Assembly: GCA_013166835.1 (NCBI GenBank)
Contig: JABLTI010000070.1
Coordinates: 1-14,713, forward strand
Direction of reading: 5' to 3'
DNA length: 14,713 bases
Origin: Promethearchaeati archaeon
GTDB lineage: Archaea; Asgardarchaeota; Heimdallarchaeia; JABLTI01
Shown here one piece after another: positions 6,120 to 14,713 of this stretch. Made by a program: the position numbers and the translations under genes. The notes under the pieces were generated by a model, which saw nothing but the letters and a program-made list of their open reading frames with translations, searched no databases and was not told the DNA's origin. Within the stretch, counting starts at the first letter, position 1. Each line of letters begins with the position of its first letter.

Positions 6120-7104
6120 AGTATTAGTAGTTCGACCCACATTAGCTGAATGGTTGGAAAAACATAAGGATTCAATGCCAGAAAATATTGAATTGATTGT
6201 TCCGAAAGAAGGAACCGATGAGGAAATTGAGGAGCTCATTCAGGATGTTGAGATTGTAGTTTGTACTCGATTATCTGCAGAAGCAGCAAGAAAAGGTAAA
6301 AAATTGAAGCTCATTCAGAAGACAGGTGCAGGGGTTGATGCTATACCTTTTGATGCAATAAGAGAGGATATCATTGTTGCTAATACATCTGGAGCTAATC
6401 CAGTTCCTTTAGCTGAAGGAACTATTGCATTAATGATTTCGCTCGCAAAAAAAATACCTCAAAAAAACAGATCATTCCCTGATAGAGTTGTTCTTAGAGG
6501 AACAGAACTTCGAGGGAAAAAAGTTGGAATAATTGGATTGGGAAGCATTGGGCTTGAAGTTGCGAAGCGCCTACAAGCATTTGAAATGAAGATTCTAGGT
6601 ATTAAAAGAAAACCATTAGAGAAACTGAAAGAAGAATTAAATCTTGAATTCTTGGGTGGATCCGATGACCTAGACTATGTTTTGAAAGAAAGTGATTTTG
6701 TTATAGTTATTGTTCCACTTACTCCTGCCACTCGAGGTATGATTGGAGAACGTGAATTAAAATTAATGAAACCTACAGCTTATCTGGTTAATGTTGCAAG
6801 AGCAGCTATAATACAAGAAGAACCATTGTATCGAGCAGTGAATGAAGAGTGGATTGCTGGTGCAGCACTTGATGTTTGGTGGATTCCTCATTGGTGGGAT
6901 CCTAAATGGGGACCTGAAATTGATAAACCTTCTAGATATCCAATTTGGGAATTGCCAAATGTAATTGCTACTCCTCATAACGCAGGGTTTGTTGAACGAA
7001 CAAAACATTCAGATAGAGCTATACAAATTATTGCTGAGAACATTCAACGCATTGCTAAAGGAAAAACTCCGTCAAATCTGGTGGATAAAGAGCATCAATA
7101 CTAA
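6106..7104 (+). CDS. D-isomer-specific 2-hydroxyacid dehydrogenase
   Basis: GAGVD, GIIGLGSIG, LVNVAR, AALDVW and TPHNAG motifs. True start is probably GTG 6106 or ATT 6115, not 6019. Confidence 0.92.
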   Translation: MIKIKVLVVRPTLAEWLEKHKDSMPENIELIVPKEGTDEEIEELIQDVEIVVCTRLSAEAARKGKKLKLIQKTGAGVDAIPFDAIREDIIVANTSGANPVPLAEGTIALMISLAKKIPQKNRSFPDRVVLRGTELRGKKVGIIGLGSIGLEVAKRLQAFEMKILGIKRKPLEKLKEELNLEFLGGSDDLDYVLKESDFVIVIVPLTPATRGMIGERELKLMKPTAYLVNVARAAIIQEEPLYRAVNEEWIAGAALDVWWIPHWWDPKWGPEIDKPSRYPIWELPNVIATPHNAGFVERTKHSDRAIQIIAENIQRIAKGKTPSNLVDKEHQY

Positions 7105-7118
7105 AGCTTGGGATCTTT

Positions 7119-7829
7119 TCAAACCTCTTTCTTCAAACGAAGGAAAAGGAAATGAGGATTAGATAGGAGACTCTCATAGATTCTTGCATCAACCTCTTTT
7201 GCTTCGGGAATTGGAAATGGTTCTAGTAGAACATCTACAAAGAAGCCATTTTTCCTAAAAATTGCAAACATATTAGTCAAAGTTCGATGATAATATTTCA
7301 CTGGATAAGATTTCCCATCAATAATCCATGTTTCTTCGTAAAGTTCTTTCTTAAAGTAATTTGTTTTATTGAGCCACTTCCAGTCAGCATGAGGATGATG
7401 AACAGAAATAACTATTGAACCATCTTTCTTGAGAATTCGTTTGAATTCACTGAAAACAGGCAACCAATTGTTAATGTAATGAAGAACAAGAGAAGCGATA
7501 ATCATATCAATGGAATTTGACTCAAGGAAATTCAAAGGTTCCGAGATATCAGCAATCAAAACTTTGGCTTTTTGACCCAACTTTTTCTTGGTATATTTTA
7601 CCATTTGTTCACTAATATCACAAGCTGTAACAGAAGCTCCTTGATCTACTAACCACTCAGTTAGAGAACCACCACCACAGCCCACTTCGAAAATCTCTTT
7701 ACCTTTTACATCCCCAGCTAATGAAATAATTGCTGGTTGATTATAGTAAGCATTATGGACACTTTGTTTACTTTTTCGAATATAAGCTATACCCATTTCA
7801 TTGTAGTTTTTATCTGGTTCAGCATTCAT
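7119..7829 (-). CDS. Class I SAM-dependent methyltransferase
   Basis: EVGCGGG, DIS, SLVLHY, RILKKDG and HP motifs. Confidence 0.92.
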   Translation of the reverse strand: MNAEPDKNYNEMGIAYIRKSKQSVHNAYYNQPAIISLAGDVKGKEIFEVGCGGGSLTEWLVDQGASVTACDISEQMVKYTKKKLGQKAKVLIADISEPLNFLESNSIDMIIASLVLHYINNWLPVFSEFKRILKKDGSIVISVHHPHADWKWLNKTNYFKKELYEETWIIDGKSYPVKYYHRTLTNMFAIFRKNGFFVDVLLEPFPIPEAKEVDARIYESLLSNPHFLFLRLKKEV

Positions 7830-7943
7830 AAGTTATCTTTGTTTTTGTTTTTAAAAAGTGCTTCTAATAGATAAAGAAATACCCTTTCATCAATATTTAT
7901 GTTAGTATTATTTATTAGTGATATTTACTATAAATCATTCCAA

Positions 7944-8492
7944 TCAAATCTGGGTAATTATGGATTGACCAAGTCTTATTGCTTCATCTTTAAAGTCATC
8001 TAATTTATCCAAATCACCAATTTCTAAAACTCCACTAGCAATTATCTTTCCCTTGTAATGCATCTTCCCATGCTTGACGATTCTCATTAAGATATTTAGC
8101 ATACAGCTCAAGGTTTTATCTTGTTCAGGTTCCATAAGAAGAGCAAATATGATTCCAGTATTTTCATAAACACCTTTTTGATAGAGGATTTCTCTATCAA
8201 GCATCAATTTCATAAAAGACGAAATAAACCAATTACTAATTGGTGTTCCTAGAACAATATTTCTTGCTTTTAAACCTGCTTGTAATATAATCTCGATATC
8301 GTCATTCTTATCACATTGACCGGTTCGTTGGCATTTAAGACAGTAAGTGCATGGCTTAAGTGTTAAATCACTTAAGCGAATGTGTTCAATATCACCACCT
8401 TGACTAATAACCCCTTTCTCAATATATGATAGTAATATTGCTGTATTACCATCATTTCTATGACTACCATTTATCATTAAAACTTCGACCAT
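7944..8492 (-). CDS. Flavodoxin family / iron-sulfur flavoprotein (NADPH-dependent FMN reductase-like)
   Basis: NGSHRNDGNT FMN loop, CxxCxxCxxxxxC (CTYCLKCQRTGQC), GTP and KLMLDR. Confidence 0.88.
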   Translation of the reverse strand: MVEVLMINGSHRNDGNTAILLSYIEKGVISQGGDIEHIRLSDLTLKPCTYCLKCQRTGQCDKNDDIEIILQAGLKARNIVLGTPISNWFISSFMKLMLDREILYQKGVYENTGIIFALLMEPEQDKTLSCMLNILMRIVKHGKMHYKGKIIASGVLEIGDLDKLDDFKDEAIRLGQSIITQI

Positions 8493-8603
8493 TTCATCCC
8501 TCGTATAATAATATCATTTTTTAGGTATAAGGTTTTTTGAAGCTGGTAAACAAAAAGAAGATGTCATTAAGTGGACAGATGATATTGATTAGATTATAGA
8601 AGC

Positions 8604-8969
8604 TTAATTACCTCTCTTCTTATCTCTATGGTAACCATAACCACCTCTACTACCAAGAAAAGGTGTATCTGGTATATATTCAGCTTTACTCTCTCTATCA
8701 TTTCTAATTCGTTTTTGAATCTTCACGATCCGATCAAATTCCTTTCTAGTAATATTGAACCAAGCAAATCCATCTTCAGCTTTAATAAAAAGCTCCATAT
8801 CAAGAGCAATATTAATGTCATCTTTGAAAATCCTAACAACCTGAATAATAACATGAGGTTTCAGTTTCTTTGCTGTTTTTCCAAGCAAATCATCAAAACG
8901 AAAAATCCTTCCTAATTCTTTGTTGTCACTGCTCAAAGCGATCTTATGAATTAAATTTGATTGATCCAC
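8604..8969 (-). CDS. Hypothetical protein, possibly PRC-barrel-like N-terminus
   Basis: AGGTGGG ribosome-binding site before GTG. KIALSSDNKELGRI resembles the PRC-barrel V..sdG..lG.v motif (weak). Confidence 0.6.
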   Translation of the reverse strand: MDQSNLIHKIALSSDNKELGRIFRFDDLLGKTAKKLKPHVIIQVVRIFKDDINIALDMELFIKAEDGFAWFNITRKEFDRIVKIQKRIRNDRESKAEYIPDTPFLGSRGGYGYHRDKKRGN

Positions 8970-9063
8970 TGAATACCCACCTTATGTCACTGACCTCAAG
9001 TTATAATTTTAAAATAATTATATATAACTTTACAATAAATGAAACTGCCTTTATTGAGAGGAA

Positions 9064-10149
9064 CTACTCTTTCTTATCTGTTGATTCATCTTCGGTATCT
9101 TTTTTGAGGAGTTTTTTCTTTATTTCGCCAGCTGTCTTTTTCAATCCGGTATAGATTTCATCAGTTGTTTTTTCAAAGGATTCTTTCATGCCTTTTGTAG
9201 AATGCTTAAAGCCTTCTTTTGCTCGAGTAGTAACTTTCATTTCAGGTTCAGGGATTACTGCTTCCATTAGATTGACAGGCGGTGTGTGAACATCACAAGG
9301 ATGAAGATTTGTATCAGCATTTGGTGAAAACCCATCATTTTCCAACCATTCTTTGGCTTTCGCATATGATTCTTCAATTAATTGTTTTGATTTGGAGAAA
9401 TCATGTGGTCCAACATCAATGCAATCTGGTGGAGGGATTATAATTAATTCTACCTTATCTTTATAGAGTTGTATATCAGTGGCTAACTGACGATTGAGAA
9501 GAAAAATGAAGGCACGTATAAGTACTTCTGCAACAGTCCTTGGTTCTTGATCTGCAGAAGGAACACCAATTGGGAAAACTACAACACGTTCTGCTCCTAA
9601 TCGAACAGCAGTAGAAATTGGGGAATTATTTACCATACCACCATCAACAATTGAATAATTGTGCATACGTTGAGGAGGAAATACACCGGGAATAGCCACA
9701 CTACACATCAAAGCTTCTAGAGCTAATCCTTTATTGAAAACAACCTCTTGTCCACATTTAATATCTGTGCCAATTATATACAAAGGTAATTTTGTTTCCT
9801 CTATTCGAGTGAATTCCATATTTTCGGTAATAAGTTTACGTATATTCTTTGGGGAGATAAGATTTAAACCAAAAGTAGTGATGCTTAAAATAGGTGTAAT
9901 TGGTGAAGGAGAGAAAACATCCCACACTTTAATGTTAAGCCAAACATCCTCAATTGCTTTTACTCCCTCTAATGTTGGGTTATAAGCATACATTGCACCA
10001 TTCAAGCTACCTACTGATGTTCCTAAAACCATGTCAGCTTGAATATCATGCTCTACAATAGCTTTTAGGGCACCACATTCGACTGCTCCTAAACTTGCCC
10101 CACCAGAAAAGACAAAAGCAGTCTTTGGATTATTGGAACGTTCCTTCAT
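9064..10149 (-). CDS. Patatin-like phospholipase
   Basis: SGGASLG, GTSVG nucleophile and DGG motifs. Start moved to ATG 10149 to avoid overlap with the ABC gene; charged C-terminal tail. Confidence 0.92.
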   Translation of the reverse strand: MKERSNNPKTAFVFSGGASLGAVECGALKAIVEHDIQADMVLGTSVGSLNGAMYAYNPTLEGVKAIEDVWLNIKVWDVFSPSPITPILSITTFGLNLISPKNIRKLITENMEFTRIEETKLPLYIIGTDIKCGQEVVFNKGLALEALMCSVAIPGVFPPQRMHNYSIVDGGMVNNSPISTAVRLGAERVVVFPIGVPSADQEPRTVAEVLIRAFIFLLNRQLATDIQLYKDKVELIIIPPPDCIDVGPHDFSKSKQLIEESYAKAKEWLENDGFSPNADTNLHPCDVHTPPVNLMEAVIPEPEMKVTTRAKEGFKHSTKGMKESFEKTTDEIYTGLKKTAGEIKKKLLKKDTEDESTDKKE

Positions 10150-10189
10150 AAGAATTAATTTATTTTGCTTACTTAAGAAGATTCTTTTT

Positions 10190-12001
10190 TTAATCAGAAA
10201 ATACTTCACTAATCTCTGAAATCCATTCAGCGGATTGGTGTTTGAAATAGGTTTCATAAAGTTCTGAGTATAATCCACCATTACTCATTAAAAGAGCATG
10301 ATTTCCTTCTTCAACAAGCTCCCCTTTATCTAGAACAAGTATCCTATCCGAGTTCTGAATGGTAGTTAAACGATGAGCAATAACGATAGAGGTTCTGTTA
10401 GCAAGAAGATGGTCAAGAGCTTCTTGAATTTTTGATTCTGTGTACGCGTCTACCGCTGCAGTGGCTTCATCTAAAATCAATATTTTCGGATCAGTTAATA
10501 GTGTTCGAGCAAATGAAATCATCTGTCTTTGACCCGCAGAAAGACCTTTTCCACGTTCACCGAGTTCAGTTTCTAAGCCTTCAGGTAAGGCATCAATGAA
10601 TTCTTGAGCAGCAACAATATCAAGGACTTCATTGACTTCTTCAATGGTAGCGTCTGGTCTGCCAAATCTAATATTATCAAGAACGGTTCCACTAAAAAGA
10701 AAAACATCTTGACTAACTAAACCAATTTGTGAACGAAGATGTTGTATATCATAGTCACGAATATCAACACCATCAATTTTGATTGAACCGTCCTTTATAT
10801 CATAAAATCTCATCAATAAGGAAGCAATAGTAGTTTTACCTGCGCCAGTATGTCCAACGATAGCAATTGATTCGGTGGGTTTTATATCAACATTAATGTT
10901 CTTTAAGACGGGTTCATTCGGGACATATTCGTGATTTACACTATCAAATGTGATGCGTCCTTTAATTTCTTTGAAAACAGGATTCTCTGGATTCTTCACA
11001 ACTTTTTCTGCATCTACTATGCTGAATATCCTCTCCATGGCAGCAAATCCACTTTGGACTGTTGAAATCTGTGAAGCAACTCGAGCAAGTGGATAAAGAA
11101 ATCTATTCAATAGGAGAATGAAGAATATAATTGTTGAAGCTGAAGCTAAGTTTTGGATTACTAACCATCCACCAAACAGATTGATACTAAATATACTTAG
11201 CACACTAACACCATCCAATACTGGCCAAATACCTGTAAGAGCTAAAGCTCTTCTCCTCGCAATTTGAAATGTTGCATTATTTATTACTTCAAACTCTTCT
11301 TTGGATTTTTCTTCTCTACCAAATGCTTTTGCTACGGATATTCCAGAAACACTCTCTTGAAATGAAGTGTTTACTTCTGCAATGGCTGCTCTCCATTTCC
11401 CGCTTGTTCTTCTGGAAAACCTTCTGAACATGAATGCTGCAATAAAGACCACTGGACCCATACCTAATGTTACAAGCCCTAATTGCCAATTAACAGCAAG
11501 CATTATTCCTAAAACTGAAAAGACGATTACAAAATTCGAGACAAACTGTCCAACAACTGTAATCATATTATTTAATTCTTGAGAATCATTGGTAATACGA
11601 GACATAATTTCTCCTGTTGCTTGAACATCAAAGAACCCTAGATCGTGTTCTTGTAAACTTATGTAAGTCTCCATTTGTATTCTTTTAATCACTTTTTGCG
11701 TAACAATTGCTACTAGAACACCTTGAACTACTTGAAGTACCCATAAAAGGAGGTTTATACCTACATAAGCTATCGCGTAAGGTGCGATAGATATCCATTC
11801 ACCACTAGATTCCAAAATATCGTATACTCTTTCAACCATTAAGGGAGGAACTATACTGATTCCAGAGATTGCTAAGATAGTGAGAATAATGAACACCATT
11901 TGTAATTTGTAAGCCATGAGATATTTCCAGAAGCGACCAATTAATTCTCGATCTGCATATTTTATGCTATAATCACTTCGGAAACTTTCCATTTTTGCCA
12001 T
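10190..12001 (-). CDS. ABC exporter fused permease/ATPase subunit (MdlB/TmrA-like)
   Basis: TM domain plus GHTGAGKT, LSAGQ, LILDEAT and IAHRL. Confidence 0.95.
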   Translation of the reverse strand: MAKMESFRSDYSIKYADRELIGRFWKYLMAYKLQMVFIILTILAISGISIVPPLMVERVYDILESSGEWISIAPYAIAYVGINLLLWVLQVVQGVLVAIVTQKVIKRIQMETYISLQEHDLGFFDVQATGEIMSRITNDSQELNNMITVVGQFVSNFVIVFSVLGIMLAVNWQLGLVTLGMGPVVFIAAFMFRRFSRRTSGKWRAAIAEVNTSFQESVSGISVAKAFGREEKSKEEFEVINNATFQIARRRALALTGIWPVLDGVSVLSIFSINLFGGWLVIQNLASASTIIFFILLLNRFLYPLARVASQISTVQSGFAAMERIFSIVDAEKVVKNPENPVFKEIKGRITFDSVNHEYVPNEPVLKNINVDIKPTESIAIVGHTGAGKTTIASLLMRFYDIKDGSIKIDGVDIRDYDIQHLRSQIGLVSQDVFLFSGTVLDNIRFGRPDATIEEVNEVLDIVAAQEFIDALPEGLETELGERGKGLSAGQRQMISFARTLLTDPKILILDEATAAVDAYTESKIQEALDHLLANRTSIVIAHRLTTIQNSDRILVLDKGELVEEGNHALLMSNGGLYSELYETYFKHQSAEWISEISEVFSD

Positions 12002-12002
12002 T

Positions 12003-13784
12003 TTAATTTTCCTCCATTTTTTTCATAGGTGGCAAATCCGAAAATTTCTCGAACAAGCGTCTATAATCTATATTCCTCATTATTAATTCAGAATGAGTTC
12101 CAGAATCCATAAGGATTCCATCTCGCAAAACAATGATTAAATCAGCATTTTTGATTGTCGCTAATCTATGAGTAACGATAAAAGTAGTTCTATTTTTTAG
12201 CACATTGGCTATAGCTGTTTGAATTCTTCTTTCGGTTTCAGCATCAATTGCACTACTAGCATCATCCAAAACTAGTATTGCAGGATTAACAAGAAGAGCT
12301 CTAGCAATAGCTAGCCTTTGTTTTTGCCCTCCTGAAAGCGTGACCCCGCGTTCCCCAACAATTGTATCATAGCCTTCCTCAAACGATAAGATAAAATCAT
12401 GTGCTTGAGCTAATTTTGAAGCATTCTCTATATCTACTAGACTGGCAGTAGGTTTGCCAAAAGCAATGTTTTCCCGAATAGTTTTACTGAATAAAAAGAC
12501 TTCTTGCTCAATTACTCCTATATTATCTCTAAGATCGGAGAGATCCATTTCTCGAATATCCATATCATCAATATAAATCGATCCTTCTGATGGATCATAT
12601 AATCTCATCAGCAACTTAATTAGAGTTGATTTCCCTGAACCAGGATTCCCTATTATTGCTACATTTGCTCCTCCAGGAACTGAAAAATCAATACCTTTCA
12701 ATGCTTTCCTACTACTCTTGCCATTATATGAGAAGGAGACATTTTCAAAATTAATTGCCCCTTTCTTTTCTTTCCATACATGTGGATTCGCAGGATTTGG
12801 AACATATTCTTCTCGTTCTTTCATATCATAGATTCTTTTTGCAGCTGCCATGCCAATTTGAAATTGAGTTGTTGCCCACCCAAATTGCCAAGTAGGCATA
12901 TTTAAGGTCATCATTAACAAGATAAAGGTAATGAGTTCGGAAAGTTCCATGTTCCCTACTGAGACTTCATACCCACCCCACAAAAAGCTGAGAGCAGTAA
13001 TAATAATTGTAATTACAATAGCATAATATCTAGCACTAATAATCCCTCGTCTTGTATTGATTTTTCTTAATTTCTCAGTTTCTACTTCAAATTCCGCAAT
13101 TTCTTTTCTTTCTTTTACAAAAGCTCTCACAACTCGAATTCCAGTAAGACTTTCCTGTAAACGAGCGTTAAGGATACTGTTCTGTTCCATTTGAGCCATA
13201 GAGATTGGGCGCAATTTTCTATTGAACTCCCAAATAGTCAAAACGTAGAAAGGAAGAGCACCAGCAATTAGGAGTGTTAATTTTGGATTGACCGTTAACA
13301 TCAAGGTAACAGAGAAAATAACCATAAAGAATCCTTCAAAAAGCCATTTTACCCCAGGAGCGATGAAGATGTTCATTTGTCTTGTGTCAAACGTTGCTCG
13401 AGCCATGATGTCCCCAACCTTAATACGATCATGAAATTCTTGGCTCTTCTCCAACATATCGTTGTAAAATTCTTCAGTGACGTTTTTTGTCACTTTGTGA
13501 GCAATTACTTCATTAACGAAACTCTGAATATAATCACCAACAGTTCTAATTACACCAGCTATAGCAATTAAAAGAGCAAAATAAAATAACGTCTCCCTAA
13601 ATCCATCTCCACCAGGCAATATAGCAAAAATTCCAGTAGCATCTGGTAGCACCTCGAATATATTACCGATAAACAAAGGAGTAAGAGAAACTGTTCCAAT
13701 GAAAAGTATAAGAAACACGATCAAAACAATGAGTAATCGTTTCTCTCTGAAAATGTGTTTAAAGAACCATTTTTTATGACCCAT
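12003..13784 (-). CDS. ABC exporter fused permease/ATPase subunit (MdlA/TmrB-like)
   Basis: TM domain plus GNPGSGKS, LSGGQ, LVLDDAS and VTHRL; 1 nt from the partner gene. Confidence 0.95.
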   Translation of the reverse strand: MGHKKWFFKHIFREKRLLIVLIVFLILFIGTVSLTPLFIGNIFEVLPDATGIFAILPGGDGFRETLFYFALLIAIAGVIRTVGDYIQSFVNEVIAHKVTKNVTEEFYNDMLEKSQEFHDRIKVGDIMARATFDTRQMNIFIAPGVKWLFEGFFMVIFSVTLMLTVNPKLTLLIAGALPFYVLTIWEFNRKLRPISMAQMEQNSILNARLQESLTGIRVVRAFVKERKEIAEFEVETEKLRKINTRRGIISARYYAIVITIIITALSFLWGGYEVSVGNMELSELITFILLMMTLNMPTWQFGWATTQFQIGMAAAKRIYDMKEREEYVPNPANPHVWKEKKGAINFENVSFSYNGKSSRKALKGIDFSVPGGANVAIIGNPGSGKSTLIKLLMRLYDPSEGSIYIDDMDIREMDLSDLRDNIGVIEQEVFLFSKTIRENIAFGKPTASLVDIENASKLAQAHDFILSFEEGYDTIVGERGVTLSGGQKQRLAIARALLVNPAILVLDDASSAIDAETERRIQTAIANVLKNRTTFIVTHRLATIKNADLIIVLRDGILMDSGTHSELIMRNIDYRRLFEKFSDLPPMKKMEEN

Positions 13785-13851
13785 TGTTTTTTACCTACGG
13801 ATTTTTACAAGTATTTCTATTTAAAACGATATTGAATTATCTTCTATTTCT

Positions 13852-13865
13852 TTTGAACGTTCAAA
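13852..13865. promoter_or_regulatory. Perfect 14-bp palindrome TTTGAACGTTCAAA, candidate operator of the ABC operon
   Basis: About 70 nt upstream of the ABC start, with related half-sites nearby. Confidence 0.5.
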
Positions 13866-14137
13866 TCGTATTGAAACTAATGGTTTGCTTTTTTATATTT
13901 TACGTTTGAAACGATTCTAAGAAAAGGATAAAGTGAAATTGAAGCGACAAATTACTTCACAGCTAATCATTCAGAGAGTATACGACAAATGTTTAAATAT
14001 TGTACAAATAGCAAGCAGTTTAGCTGTTAGAAAGGAGATTGTCTAAGCTTAAGAATTACTAAGGTTTTCAACAATGTTTACTACATGCAATTAGAGGCAA
14101 TTTCTCTACGAAAACAGCTAAATGGATGTATCTAACT

Positions 14138-14713
14138 ATGACAGAAGAAGTTCAAAGACAACTCCCAAAAAGACCATTTATTCGTGGAAAATTAAATCCA
14201 CGCAAACAATGGGTACCAATCTGGGTGTGTCTATTACTAACTATATTAATAGCAATACCTATGTCACTAATATTGGCATTAATATTTACGGGTACTACAG
14301 AATTAGCTTATAATTTTGCTATGAACCTAGCAGTTTCAGCGCCAATTGCTTTTGTATCAGCATATGTTTTCTATACTTATTTGATTGGTCCCTTTGCAGA
14401 ATGGGCAGTCAAATATGACTTCCAACATGAAATGCGTACAAAAACTCTCGGACAGATGTTGAAAGATGGGAAATTCTGGTTATATGGATTACTTGTTGAT
14501 TTCTTGATCTGTATTTTTATAGCCCTACCAGTTTCTTTCGTGAAGGTGGCATGGTTAGGCATGCATTTCCAAGGACCTTGGGGCATAGAATTGATGAAAG
14601 CTTTTGGTTTAGCATATGCACTTGCCGTTGGTCTAGCACTAATTGGAATCATCATTACCATACAGATTCTTAAGTGGTGGTTATGGAAGCCACCCATGCC
14701 TGATGCTACTGCT
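14138..14713 (+). CDS. Multi-pass membrane protein, runs off the window end (not in ORF track)
   Basis: Open frame from ATG 14138 (MTEEVQRQLPKRPF...) to the end without a stop; four hydrophobic segments; possibly tandem DUF2798-like halves. Confidence 0.8.
   Translation, partial: MTEEVQRQLPKRPFIRGKLNPRKQWVPIWVCLLLTILIAIPMSLILALIFTGTTELAYNFAMNLAVSAPIAFVSAYVFYTYLIGPFAEWAVKYDFQHEMRTKTLGQMLKDGKFWLYGLLVDFLICIFIALPVSFVKVAWLGMHFQGPWGIELMKAFGLAYALAVGLALIGIIITIQILKWWLWKPPMPDATA

Noticed and set aside
10150-10281. N-terminal extension of patatin
   Set aside because: It overlaps the ABC gene 3' end; the domain begins right after Met at 10149.
92-14697. Remaining short ORF-track entries (92-346, 1586-1864, 2266-2481, 4680-5012, 4744-4926, 4932-5141, 5765-5995, 5848-6081, 6763-7008, 6965-7162, 8628-8915, 8870-9154, 9734-9985, 11367-11582, 13377-13571, 14122-14313, 14377-14697)
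   Set aside because: Shadow or off-frame ORFs over better-supported genes or AT-rich spacers, with no motifs.
1-14713. CRISPR array, tRNA or rRNA genes
   Set aside because: No regularly spaced repeats or cloverleaf/rRNA-like sequence seen.

Overview
AT-rich archaeal-type DNA (GGTG/GTGA ribosome-binding sites, GTG/TTG starts, an archaeal histone fold). An Asgard (Heimdallarchaeia-like) host is my inference from gene style only. Positions 4750-14713 are ordinary metabolic and transport genes: zinc-ribbon protein, SDR, a small Cys-rich protein, D-2-hydroxyacid dehydrogenase, SAM methyltransferase, Fe-S flavoprotein, a hypothetical, patatin, a heterodimeric ABC exporter and a membrane protein. 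The unusual part is about 2090-4013, a more GC/CpG-rich island. It carries (i) a ~140-nt segment that folds on the + strand into an H-type pseudoknot, a long hairpin and a terminator-like hairpin, (ii) a winged-helix gene, (iii) a divergent histone-fold gene, (iv) a replication-relaxation-like PD-(D/E)xK nuclease gene whose strand skew flips mid-gene, and (v) an A-tract block. The A-tract block ends exactly where an M55 D-aminopeptidase gene begins mid-motif, with its 5' end missing. The best reading is a small histone-encoding mobile element, or the right end of a larger one. No integrase, transposase, terminal inverted repeat or target-site duplication is visible, and a chimeric assembly cannot be excluded from sequence alone.
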